Below are positions 16,279 through 25,368 of a stretch of 26,052 nucleotides of DNA, one piece after another. The number at the start of each line of letters is the position of its first letter. The stretch's first letter is position 1. The stretch comes from Clostridia bacterium (lineage in GTDB: Bacteria > Bacillota > Sulfobacillia > Sulfobacillales > JAIMBI01): positions 1-26,052 of the forward strand of contig JBMFXK010000002.1 of NCBI GenBank assembly GCA_049964315.1, given 5' to 3'. The notes beneath the pieces were generated by a model. The model was not told the DNA's origin, ran no database searches, and saw only the letters and a program-made list of their open reading frames with translations. Made by a program: the position numbers and the translations under genes.

Positions 16279-18120
16279 CTAGCTCTGAACGTGCGTGCCG
16301 TACCGTGCAACCAGGGTCACAGTGATCTGCGTTCGGTTGGCCGTGTTGGCTAAGACAAAAGAGACATGCCACGGAATTTGGCGCGGCAGCTTCACCCACC
16401 CCGCCGCCATCGCCATCCAGGCCAGTCCGTTGTACGGCATGTAGGACGTTTCCGTGAATCCCGGCGGGGCGTGGGGTTGAATGAGCGAGTGCGGTCCCTC
16501 CATCATCATCGCGGTGCCGGATTGGTCGGCGCCGAGTCCCCACCCCCACCATGGGGGTTCGGCGCTGCCCACCCGATTGAACTGGGCAGCGTCCGGCCCC
16601 GTATAGCGCACCGAGACACGCGCGACAAGTGGCCGTGGCACCGGGGCAACGAGCACGTCTGCCAAGTCCGGAGTTATATTTCCGTAGTTCGGCAGCGGGG
16701 GCTGGGCGAATACGCGTTGACGATACGGCGCGCCAATGGGACCGATAACCAGCCGTAGGAGGTCGGCAAGATACGGAGTGTAGACGGCCACGGGACGTAT
16801 AACCGCTGATATATGCCAGTATCCCTGGGAGCCCGTCCAGATCATCTGGGAGGGCAGCGCAGGCTCTTCAAAGGGGCCAATCCGTACCAGCCCTGATGCC
16901 GTTGCGAGGAATGCATAGTGCGACCCAGGCGCAACCGAGATGGGAGACCCCTGGGCGGTTGCGAGCACACTCCCGTCGGGTCTCAGGGCGTAGACGTCTC
17001 CGTTCTTTACCGCCACCACGACCCCACTTGCATCGAGGATTCCAAGGCCGCGGTATCCTCGGAGCACAGGCAGCTGGATCCCCATACTTGACTCGTCCCA
17101 GACCATAAGGCGTGTGCCGCTGGTCGTGTTCACCAGGTGTGCATCGGCACTGAGGGGACCGCTGGGACTCGAGCCGTACAACGAAAGCCCGCTCTGGGAT
17201 ATTTCCAGGACTTTAGACCCATAGTGCAGGACGAACCCGGCTCCGTCGTTTACAGGAATGATGGTCGCTCCACCTCGCGGCGGAGACACCGTCTCGATGA
17301 CGTGACTTTGGAACTGGACCTGAGGCAGCGCCCGACGGCCCGTTAGGGAAGATACGTAGACGGTGGTCACCCGCCCCGAGATGCAGGAGATGATGGCTTG
17401 GGAGCCCGCAGCGTTCTTGGTCAAGAACGAGCCACGTCCGCCCGGAACGATTGCCCGGATGCGGTCGGTCGAGTCGAGAACGTATGTCGTGAAGCGGTCG
17501 CTGAGCAGAAAGCCGTTGCCCGGCCCCGGGCGCACCCAGAAAGGGCCATGAGGGTTCGTCAGATGAATGGGCAGGAGCACAAAGCCTCCGGCCGAGGGTG
17601 ACGCCGCCGTGCGGTCGAGCCTTGTGGTGGCCAGCACGCGTCCGTTCGCTTCCACCAGGATCGCGTATGTTCGCCCGGAGATGCGCACCACCAGGAGGGT
17701 CTTCGTCACCGGAGAGGTCCATGCGGCGAGGATATGGGTGTTGCCCGAAAACACGTGCGTCCAGAGAGGTTTCTTCAGGTAATCGGTTCGGAACGCGACG
17801 GCGCGGTGACCCTCTGTCAGGACCAGAAGTCCCGAGGACAGGGCCAGGTGTGCGTGCCCATTGAAACCGACCGGCCACTCCCGACGCAGCACCCACGTCC
17901 CCTGCGTGGCGGTCCGCTGGCGGGAAACGTAAAGACCTACCACTAAGGCGGCGGCTGTGACCACGGCCAGGGCCGGGAAAAGTCTCCACCTCGGCGCTGT
18001 CTCTGGGCGACGTCGCCGCACTATAGGCGTCGGCTCCGGACCGGACCACTCCGGGACCCGTGTCAGCACATCACGGTGGAATCGCTCCTGTAAGCGTGCT
18101 CGCTCCTCCTCATCGCCCAT
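16279..18120 (-). CDS. Membrane-anchored putative anti-sigma factor with a large extracytoplasmic region (613 aa)
   Basis: ATG at 18120 after GGGGAGGTG overlaps the sigma factor 3' end. Short charged N-terminus, one TM helix (LFPALAVVTAAALVVGLYV), then about 550 aa of beta-rich sequence. Confidence 0.7.
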   Translation of the reverse strand: MGDEEERARLQERFHRDVLTRVPEWSGPEPTPIVRRRRPETAPRWRLFPALAVVTAAALVVGLYVSRQRTATQGTWVLRREWPVGFNGHAHLALSSGLLVLTEGHRAVAFRTDYLKKPLWTHVFSGNTHILAAWTSPVTKTLLVVRISGRTYAILVEANGRVLATTRLDRTAASPSAGGFVLLPIHLTNPHGPFWVRPGPGNGFLLSDRFTTYVLDSTDRIRAIVPGGRGSFLTKNAAGSQAIISCISGRVTTVYVSSLTGRRALPQVQFQSHVIETVSPPRGGATIIPVNDGAGFVLHYGSKVLEISQSGLSLYGSSPSGPLSADAHLVNTTSGTRLMVWDESSMGIQLPVLRGYRGLGILDASGVVVAVKNGDVYALRPDGSVLATAQGSPISVAPGSHYAFLATASGLVRIGPFEEPALPSQMIWTGSQGYWHISAVIRPVAVYTPYLADLLRLVIGPIGAPYRQRVFAQPPLPNYGNITPDLADVLVAPVPRPLVARVSVRYTGPDAAQFNRVGSAEPPWWGWGLGADQSGTAMMMEGPHSLIQPHAPPGFTETSYMPYNGLAWMAMAAGWVKLPRQIPWHVSFVLANTANRTQITVTLVARYGTHVQS

Positions 18121-18663
18121 GCCGCACCTCCCCATCCTCGGCCCCAAGCCAGCGCTTTAGGCGTTCTCGGCTCCGTGCGAGCCGGCTTTTCACGGTGCCC
18201 TGTGACACGCGGAGCATCTGCGCGGTCTCCCGCACGTCGAAGCTAGCCCAGTAATAAAGAAGCGTGGCCTCCCTATAAGGAGGCGGAAGGGACTGGACTG
18301 CGTCCAGCAGGTCCCCACGAGGCTCCGGCCCGGTACAGGAAGGCAGGCGGGATCCGTCACCACCTGGCGACGCCTCCAGGGTCGCCTTTGTTCGCTTCGA
18401 CTGGCCAGGATCACCCCACGAGCGAGCCAGGCCCAGTTGACCGGCCGTCCCGACTCCAGGATGCGGAAGGCGCGGTACAGAACGTCCTGCACCACTTCCT
18501 CCGCGAGTTGACGATCCTGGAGCTGTCCCAGGGCGAGGCCGCGAAGGTGGAATTCGTGCGCCGACACGAGCGCAGCCAGCGCCGCTTCCGGCGTCAACCG
18601 GGCAGAGTCGAGCGCCGTCTCGCGGTACTGGTCAGGGCGGTCTGGAATCCGACTCACTTCCAT
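18110..18663 (-). pseudogene. ECF (sigma-70 group 4) RNA polymerase sigma factor with a single frameshift
   Basis: Region 2 (DRQLAEEVVQDVLYRAF, WAWL) reads from ATG 18663 after GGAGG. Region 4 (DLLDAVQSLPPPYREATLLYYWASFDVRETAQMLRVSQGTVKSRLARSRERL) is in another frame, switching near 18328-18334 and ending at TGA 18110. The 554-nt span is one base short of a 184-aa ORF. Confidence 0.85.
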
Positions 18664-18777
18664 TCGGCCTCCGCATTGTGGTCTTGCCACTCCTTCGGGA
18701 GCGTGCAGGGCTTTCCATTCCGCGTGTCAGCTTGTCGCCAAGCACAACGCAGCGAACGAGGGCGCAGGTTCCCTGCT

Positions 18778-19260
18778 CTAGGAAATTTCTACGCGCCGGC
18801 GTGGTGATCTCGGCCGCAACCGGGGGGGAGGGGCGTGTGAAAACCGCTCAGCCCTTTCCGATAGTTCCCATGGCTGCGGAGTGCGGCGCGGTGGTGTTCG
18901 GTGCCCAGTGCATGGTTCGTGCCAGGATTGCTCAGCCCACAGGACCGGCGGCTTTATAGGTTTGCCACCGTGGGGATTAGGCACCTTGGCCATGCTGCTC
19001 TGATGAACCGCATCGACCAGCATGGCGGAAACCGTGCCCATCTCCACCACCGCACCGAGCACGGTGTAGAGCAGATCCCCCAGCTCGGCCAGAGCACGCC
19101 CGAGATCCGATGCACTGACGGCAGCCCGCCACTCGTGCAGCTCTTCCTCGATGAGCGCCATGCGCACGTCCATGGTCGCTGGCTCCGGAAGGGTCAGACG
19201 GTCGGGGCGGGCCAAGTCGAAACGTCTGTGAAATTCGCAAACCAGTTCCAGTTCGCGCAT
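18778..19260 (-). CDS. MazG-like / PRA-PH family nucleoside triphosphate pyrophosphohydrolase
   Basis: EFHRRF...RMALIEEELHE...LAELGDLLYTVLG...VHQSSMAK...GKPIKP pattern of DR2231-type MazG-like enzymes. RBS AAGGAG. The C-terminal ~45 aa look aberrant. Confidence 0.75.
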   Translation of the reverse strand: MRELELVCEFHRRFDLARPDRLTLPEPATMDVRMALIEEELHEWRAAVSASDLGRALAELGDLLYTVLGAVVEMGTVSAMLVDAVHQSSMAKVPNPHGGKPIKPPVLWAEQSWHEPCTGHRTPPRRTPQPWELSERAERFSHAPPPRLRPRSPRRRVEIS

Positions 19261-19595
19261 CGTGGTCTCCTTAACAAGCAGCGTCCCCCTTCAGCGCAAT
19301 CCGGGTGGATGGGCAAGCGGCAGCTATGTCAGGCCGTTTCGGAACGCGATTCCACGCGTGGGTGGGAATACCTAGCTGGGGATGCCCGGCCGCCAACCCC
19401 GAAGGCCGATTCGTAGTACCATTCAGGCATCCCCTTCGGTCCTCGCCGGGCAAGCCGTCCCCAGATGGGTGTCGTCTCGACCTGAGGTCGTGGGGACGGA
19501 GGAGTCCTCACAAGCATCTGGGATTCGGTCACCCGCCCCTCGAAAGATACATTGGTGCCTTGCTTCCAGACTGAACCAAGGAGGCCCATGCGGCG

Positions 19596-20156
19596 ATGGA
19601 GATTACCATCAACCGGTATCCGGTCATGGCGGCGTGGTGCTATTGCGTGGCCAGGCGCGCTCTGGGGTGGAACGACGACGAGGCGAAGTCGATGGCGATC
19701 ACGCGCGCGAACCTGGGGGCTGCCGCCAAGGCTGGGCACCTGCAGCACGGCAGCGTGAAGAAGGAGCCCTTAAGCGTCGGCCAGGACGTAAAGAGCGGCG
19801 AGACCCAGACGGTGTTCGTGGACCAGGTTCCCTTTGCCGGCATGGCACCGTACGTCGGTCTCACGGAGGACGGCCAGCACCGGGGTGTCATGCACTCGGC
19901 GGGGGTGGCGCACGTGATTGAACCCGCGGAATACGACAAGCGGGTGATACAAAAGTTCGGCGAGCACTATCCCCTGGTGGAAGCGGCGCTGATGCGGCTC
20001 GCGGAGAGCATCCCCCCGGCGCGGTTGAACAGTGAAGCCTATGCAATCTACTGCAAGTTCCGCCCTGACACGATGCGGGGTCAAAAAGGCGCGTTCGACT
20101 TGCAGCGGGTGGAGCAGCTCATTCAGGAGCAGGCTGGCCCGGATATGGCCGGCTGA
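19596..20156 (+). CDS. Conserved-looking hypothetical protein (186 aa)
   Basis: RBS AAGGAGG, protein-like composition, motifs INRYPVMAAW and AYAIYCKFRP...GQKGAFDL. No function recognised. Confidence 0.75.
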   Translation: MEITINRYPVMAAWCYCVARRALGWNDDEAKSMAITRANLGAAAKAGHLQHGSVKKEPLSVGQDVKSGETQTVFVDQVPFAGMAPYVGLTEDGQHRGVMHSAGVAHVIEPAEYDKRVIQKFGEHYPLVEAALMRLAESIPPARLNSEAYAIYCKFRPDTMRGQKGAFDLQRVEQLIQEQAGPDMAG

Positions 20157-20625
20157 GCCTCGCGCCTGGCCCGGGATGTCGTTGTACTGACGGCGGGGGC
20201 GCCTCAGCCTGGCGGGCAGCCCTTGTCCGCTCTCCACCCTAACCGCGCCTCAGGCCCGCCAACACTTGGTGCAAACGAGGGGTCGACGCGTTTTGTCCAC
20301 CTGGCTCGTGGCTATCGGGCCGGAGACGCGTATGGATCCGTGGGATGGTCAGTGCCCGCCAGGGGCCGGAGAGGGAGCGCGTAGACGCTCGACATCAGAG
20401 TCAGCACGGCCATGGCAAGCAGCCTGCCGCCTGTGAGATGGGATCCAGCGTGTGCTGCATGACTCAGGACGTTGACGGCATCGATGATCCCGACGAGGCC
20501 CCGGCGGCGACGGCTCACCATGGCGGAGTGTTCGTCGGTCCCGACCCTTTACCCCGGCCGTCAAGACAGACGCCAGGCGCACGGACATGATAATGCAAGG
20601 CACGGTATTCAAGAGGGAGGAAGAC

Positions 20626-21588
20626 ATGTTCGGCGCTCGAACGCCGCGTTCCACATGGATGCTGCCCGCTCTCGCCCTGGCGGTTCTCGCGGTAGTACTT
20701 TCGGGCTGCAGCCTGGGTCCGTCGAGCAGCACGTCTCCGTCCAAGCCCTCCAACGGGACCATCCTCGCGCAGAGGAAGATCACCACGTATGGGCTGCCGT
20801 CAGCGACTCTCTACCAGATTTTCTACGAGTGCCGCGGCCAACGGGTCGAAGTGTATCTGACCGTTCCGACGGATCGAGGACCCTTTCCTTTGCTGGTGAG
20901 CCTCCATGGCGGCGCCGCCTGGGACACCGTCCTCACGCACGAGAACTTCGGCTACACGGCCTCGATTGCCGCCCGGCTAGCGTCGTCACACTTTGCCCGC
21001 CTCTATCCCGAGTACCAGGGATACATGGAAAGCTCCGGTGACGTGATGGGGCTCTACACAGACACTCTCGATACAATCGCGGGCATCCGCGCGGCTCAAT
21101 CCATCGCGCGCATTAACCGCCATCGCCTCTACCTGCCGGGGGCTTCCATTGGCGGCGGCGTGGCACTGAAGGTTGCGAGCATGCTGCCGGGTGTGAAGGC
21201 GGTCGTCGCCGTGAGTCCGTATGTGGGGCTTCGCACCGTGCTGCCGTGGCAGCAGGCCCACGCTCAGCCCGGCACCTTCTTCGACTCGCAGCTGGGGAAC
21301 GAAGTGAGCACATACGGCGCGCACCCGTCTTTTCAGATCCTCTCCAAGGAATCTCCGGACATCACCGCCATCAACGCGCCGGTGCTGCTGCTTCAGGGTA
21401 CCGGCGACCACCACGTGGCCTGGCAGACCGTCCAGCCGTTTTCTCAGGAGATGAAGGCGGCCGGGAAAACCGTCAAGCTCATCCTCTATCCGGGCGGTCA
21501 CCATGGCTTGCATAACGCGAACGGCGCGGCTTCCCTCGCGGCCATCCACAGCTGGCTGCAGCAGTACGGGCTCTCGTTTTCGCCGTAG
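20626..21588 (+). CDS. Lipoprotein alpha/beta hydrolase (S9 peptidase / dienelactone hydrolase-like)
   Basis: Lipobox LSGC, oxyanion-region HGG, nucleophile elbow GASIGG, acid QGTGD and His GGHHG. ATG at 20626, 5 nt after GGAGG. Confidence 0.85.
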   Translation: MFGARTPRSTWMLPALALAVLAVVLSGCSLGPSSSTSPSKPSNGTILAQRKITTYGLPSATLYQIFYECRGQRVEVYLTVPTDRGPFPLLVSLHGGAAWDTVLTHENFGYTASIAARLASSHFARLYPEYQGYMESSGDVMGLYTDTLDTIAGIRAAQSIARINRHRLYLPGASIGGGVALKVASMLPGVKAVVAVSPYVGLRTVLPWQQAHAQPGTFFDSQLGNEVSTYGAHPSFQILSKESPDITAINAPVLLLQGTGDHHVAWQTVQPFSQEMKAAGKTVKLILYPGGHHGLHNANGAASLAAIHSWLQQYGLSFSP

Positions 21589-22091
21589 CGGCGAGCATGC
21601 AGGTGTCGGGCGGCGAGGGGCCCTCCCTCGACGTCGGGGGACGTAGACCCAGCCTATAGTCCCTCGCCAAGCCAGCACCGTTCCGCGGCGCACCGGCACC
21701 CGGGCCTCGGGCGATAGGCTGAGGCTATCCCCGAGGAAACCGGCGGCCCCGACCTCAGACCGGCGCCGGTGAGTGGGTGGGCTGGGCTGAGTATGTGTGC
21801 CTGGCCCGAGCGCGCGGGCCTACACTGGTCCCCCGGGGCCCGCCGCACTTCTTGACGCTTCACGCGCAGCAACAGCGTGTCGGCTCCCAGCATCCGATAA
21901 TGCATTGCGCCAATTGGTGTTCTGTATAAGTCCGGCCTGTCCTTGGGTCAAACATTCCCTGCCAGTCTCCCTCGAGGCGTGCTGGTGCCGCGCTTTTCCA
22001 ATGGATTGCAATTGCTGACGATACTTTTCGTCGGGTTTACTAAGAGTTGCCACCCGTTGAACCGTAATCCGGGGTATAGGATGCGGAGGAT

Positions 22092-23600
22092 ATGAAGTCA
22101 GGGGATCTATTGGACACCCGTCTTAGCAGAACAGGTCCCAGCGAGCAGCCCGCCGACGAGCGCCTGAGAGAGCAGGTCACGCAAGGCCGGCCGGTCCCGA
22201 GGGGTTGCAGCCGACGGTGCTTCATGGGTTTCGTGGTATTTCTCCTAACGTTCATGGTGTTGTCACTGCCGGTCGCCGTGCGAGCCAGTGGCCCCGTCGC
22301 CGACCAGGCGACTGCTCAAGCGGACTTGCTGCTGCGACTGCCGCCGTTAGTCATTCCGGGCCTCCGCACACCTGCCGGCCCGCCGCTGTCCCGCGCCTGG
22401 GTGAGCTGGGGCAACGGGCCTGCACACGGCACCACCTATCAAGACCACGCCGTCCACCTGCGCGGGGGACGGGCGGTCGAGGTGGGCGGGCCTATCGTGG
22501 ACGAGCCCGCCGTCATCCGCCCCGGCATCGCCTACGTGGGGGACAACACCGATTGGGTGGAGGCGTGGAATCTCACTTCTGATACGGAACTCTGGGCGAC
22601 CCACCTGCCCAATATGGTCATGACCACGCCTCTCGCGGTAGCAGCCGGCCGTTCCCACCCTCTCGTGATCGTGGGGCTCGGCAACAACGGGTTCCTGGGT
22701 TATCGGTCCGGACAGGGCTGGATTCGCGGCACCGGCTACAACGCCATCGTGGCCCTCAATGCCCGAACCGGTGCGCTCATGTGGGACGTCCAGACGGTGG
22801 GCGAGGATATGGCGACGCCCGTGATGTGGCACGGCAGCCTGTATGAGGTGACGGGAGCGGGCAACCTGATGGCACTGAGCGTCATGACGGGGCACGTCCT
22901 GTGGCAGATCCATCTCGGCGGCTTTGACAGCATGTCCTCCCCCGCCCGCAGCGGTGACCTCCTCTTCTTTGCCACCAACACGTATCTGTCGAGCTACCCG
23001 GCAACCCGCTCCGTGCTGTGGGCTGTCGATCTTCAGCACCGTGCCGTCAAGTGGCACGCGGCCCTGCCGGTAACCAGCGGGCTGTCTGACTGCAGTCCGG
23101 CCGTGGCCAACGGCCGCGTATTCATCGCGGGCATCACGAAGATTACAGAGCACGGGAACCCACCGTGGCTCACGGCCCGGCTCTTCGCCTTGCAGGTGGC
23201 GACCGGGCGGGTTCTATGGTCTCAGCCGCTCGGATCGGGGTCCCTGAGCCTTGACCGCGAAGAGGTGGGGGTGCCCGCTGTGGTCGGCCAGGAGGTGTTT
23301 GAGGCGAGCCCGGCAGCCCATCGCGTGTACGAATTCAGCCTCGCCGGTCGAATAAACTGGAGTGCCTCTCTGGGGTCTGACGCGGCAACCGGGTCTCCCG
23401 CCGTCTGGGGTCATCAGGTGGTATGGGGCACTCAGGGCGGGCGCCTCGTGGTGTTCGACCGCCGCGACGGGCGGTTGCTGACCGCGCTCCAGCTATCAAC
23501 CGGGGCGTTTGGCCCTGGCTCCCCGCTGGTGGTGAATCGCATCCTGGTCATCCCCACGTTGGCTGGGTGGCTTGACGTCGTCTCCCTGAAGACGCGGTAG
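22092..23600 (+). CDS. Secreted PQQ-binding-like (BamB-type) beta-propeller protein
   Basis: Repeated A-x-x-x-x-T-G-x-x-x-W blades (ALNARTGALMW, ALSVMTGHVLW, ALQVATGRVLW, AVDLQHRAVKW). Hydrophobic signal FVVFLLTFMVLSLPVAVRA. True start may be downstream of 22092. Confidence 0.82.
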   Translation: MKSGDLLDTRLSRTGPSEQPADERLREQVTQGRPVPRGCSRRCFMGFVVFLLTFMVLSLPVAVRASGPVADQATAQADLLLRLPPLVIPGLRTPAGPPLSRAWVSWGNGPAHGTTYQDHAVHLRGGRAVEVGGPIVDEPAVIRPGIAYVGDNTDWVEAWNLTSDTELWATHLPNMVMTTPLAVAAGRSHPLVIVGLGNNGFLGYRSGQGWIRGTGYNAIVALNARTGALMWDVQTVGEDMATPVMWHGSLYEVTGAGNLMALSVMTGHVLWQIHLGGFDSMSSPARSGDLLFFATNTYLSSYPATRSVLWAVDLQHRAVKWHAALPVTSGLSDCSPAVANGRVFIAGITKITEHGNPPWLTARLFALQVATGRVLWSQPLGSGSLSLDREEVGVPAVVGQEVFEASPAAHRVYEFSLAGRINWSASLGSDAATGSPAVWGHQVVWGTQGGRLVVFDRRDGRLLTALQLSTGAFGPGSPLVVNRILVIPTLAGWLDVVSLKTR

Positions 23601-23716
23601 CCGTGCGTGGAATGGCCCAACTGGTGGACAGGATACGAAGGGCGATCTAGAATATGTTTCCATTGAACATAGATTAACGTGAAATTAGCACAGTACGTGA
23701 AGTGAATGGTGGCTGA

Positions 23717-24994
23717 ATGAAACCCCAAGCGATGCGCATCATCACCGCCGCCGTCGTGTCCGTGGTGATTTCCGTTGTCCTCGCGGCGTGCGGAGGCAGC
23801 GCCCATCCCGCATCCGGCAGCATCAACCCCAATGGCCCGCTGTCTCCCTTGCCGATGGGCAGCGTGCGCTCGCGCCTCGTATTTCATCTGAGTCGGTCGG
23901 GCGCGGCGGACCTGTTGGTCTACAGCACCCGCGGCACCAAAGCCCAGGTATCGGTGTATCGGCTGCAGGGCAAGACCTGGATTAAAATGTTCTCCAGGAC
24001 AGGGCTCAACGGGATCCTGCCTCAAGGCGGCGGTCAGGGCTCCTTCACCCTCGTCGATCCCGCCCACCTGATAGGCGCATCCACGGAGCAGTTCGCCATC
24101 AACCAGTGGTCCACGGGCGCCGACGCCGGCAACACGACCCTCACGGTCTATGGCCTGGCCGGTGGCCGCATTTCCGCTCTGCTCGTGCTGCAGGACAGTG
24201 GCAGCCTGCTGGCGCAGTCGTCGGGCTCGACCCTGCGGGTGTCCGGATCCTACTACACTCCCGGTGCCTGCCTGGCTTGCGGAACACCGATGACAGTATC
24301 GATCCGGTACGATGCACAGACGGGCCAGTGGGTGGGCGTCCCGCAGAAGTTTTTCGCCGAACTGAGCGGCTCCACAGACGTGCTCCCGCCCCCGTCCGCG
24401 AGTCCTCCTTCGGCGGCAGGACCTTCCGTCACGTTCGGAACGGGGTTCAACAGCAACACCTTCACGCTGACGGGCCAGGCCAGCACGTTCGTTCCCGGGG
24501 TCATTGACGCCCTCCTTATCACACCCGACAACTTTGGCTCCTCCACCTTGAGCTGGATCCTGGAACAAAAGGAGGGCGTCGGCTGGTCACTGTACGACTC
24601 CGGCAGCGTGACCGTTCTGCCCACATATAACGAGTTGGAGAAGCCCGTCTTTATCGCGTCGACGGGAACCTTCCAGCTGTCCTTTCTGAGGGGCAACACG
24701 ATCCTGGCGTCGGGCACGTTCACGGTTGAGGCACCCCCGAGCTCCCCGTCTTCCAGCATTCCGTCGTATCCGTCCCCCTCTCCCTCGCCCAGTTCCTCCG
24801 CTCCGTCTCCTTCGCCATCCCCGTCGTCCACTCCGCCCTCGTCCTCCGTGCCCAGCCCGTCTTCGTCGCCGAGCTCGACTCCCCCGTCCAGCTCTTCTTC
24901 GAGCCCGCCATCTTCGTCGAGTCCTCCCTCGTCGAGCTCATCGCCCCCGTCGTCGTCCAGCTCATCAAGTTCATCGCCGGCTCCGTCGTCATAA
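23717..24994 (+). CDS. Lipoprotein of unknown function with a Ser/Pro-rich C-terminal tail
   Basis: Signal peptide with lipobox LAAC (Cys25), beta-rich middle region, low-complexity tail. Confidence 0.82.
   Translation: MKPQAMRIITAAVVSVVISVVLAACGGSAHPASGSINPNGPLSPLPMGSVRSRLVFHLSRSGAADLLVYSTRGTKAQVSVYRLQGKTWIKMFSRTGLNGILPQGGGQGSFTLVDPAHLIGASTEQFAINQWSTGADAGNTTLTVYGLAGGRISALLVLQDSGSLLAQSSGSTLRVSGSYYTPGACLACGTPMTVSIRYDAQTGQWVGVPQKFFAELSGSTDVLPPPSASPPSAAGPSVTFGTGFNSNTFTLTGQASTFVPGVIDALLITPDNFGSSTLSWILEQKEGVGWSLYDSGSVTVLPTYNELEKPVFIASTGTFQLSFLRGNTILASGTFTVEAPPSSPSSSIPSYPSPSPSPSSSAPSPSPSPSSTPPSSSVPSPSSSPSSTPPSSSSSSPPSSSSPPSSSSSPPSSSSSSSSSPAPSS
24731..24991 (+). repeat. Low-complexity Ser/Pro coding tract (PSSS / PSPS units)
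   Basis: About 87 codons, almost all Ser or Pro, with mixed synonymous Ser codons (TCC, TCG, TCT, TCA, AGC, AGT). Confidence 0.9.
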
Positions 24995-25160
24995 GCCGCG
25001 TAAGCATTGAAGCTCGACCGCCTGGAGACCTCCTGGGCGCCAGGTGTAGAACGGCACCCGCCATCCCAAGGCGGCCGCGGAGCGCCCCCGCCTTGTCGGT
25101 GTCTCCGGCGGGCGAGGGTGGATACCCTGGCCGTCCCAGACCGGCGCTCCAGGCACCCGC

Positions 25161-25331
25161 TCAGGGTCTTAATCCGAAGTAGCTGGCGGCGCCAAAGGCG
25201 AAACAGGCGAGGATGACGCCAATCCAGATGCGCACCAGCCAGGATCGCGTGGTGCACAGGAGATATACGAGCCACGCCGTGCCGGCGCCGAAAACGAGCA
25301 GGATGGGTCCCCAATAGAAGATGGGGTTCAT
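25161..25331 (-). CDS. Small two-TM membrane protein (56 aa); not in the ORF track
   Basis: Manual translation: MNPIFYWGPILLVFGAGTAWLVYLLCTTRSWLVRIWIGVILACFAFGAASYFGLRP*. Starts 37 nt after the helicase stop on the same strand. SD is weak. Confidence 0.6.
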   Translation of the reverse strand: MNPIFYWGPILLVFGAGTAWLVYLLCTTRSWLVRIWIGVILACFAFGAASYFGLRP

Positions 25332-25368
25332 CGGGTGCCTAATCTTCTGGATGCCTGCCGGCTGCCAC

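Noticed and set aside
18746-18772. ECF-type promoter GGAAC-N19-GTT upstream of the sigma gene (minus strand)
   Set aside because: The spacer is longer than typical ECF consensus spacing, and such short motifs are common in GC-rich DNA.
20312-20521. 69-aa minus-strand ORF with a hydrophobic stretch as a second peptide precursor
   Set aside because: The hydrophobic segment is internal rather than N-terminal, there is no clear RBS, and no adjacent receptor gene.
21654-22053. Possible frameshifted small gene (MFDPRTGRTYTEHQLAQ / MHYRMLGADTLLLRV) on the minus strand
   Set aside because: The fragments look protein-like but match no family I recognise. Evidence is insufficient.
24253-25314. 353-aa minus-strand Gly/Asp/Glu-rich ORF
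   Set aside because: Antisense shadow of the Ser/Pro tract of the lipoprotein; it has no independent features.
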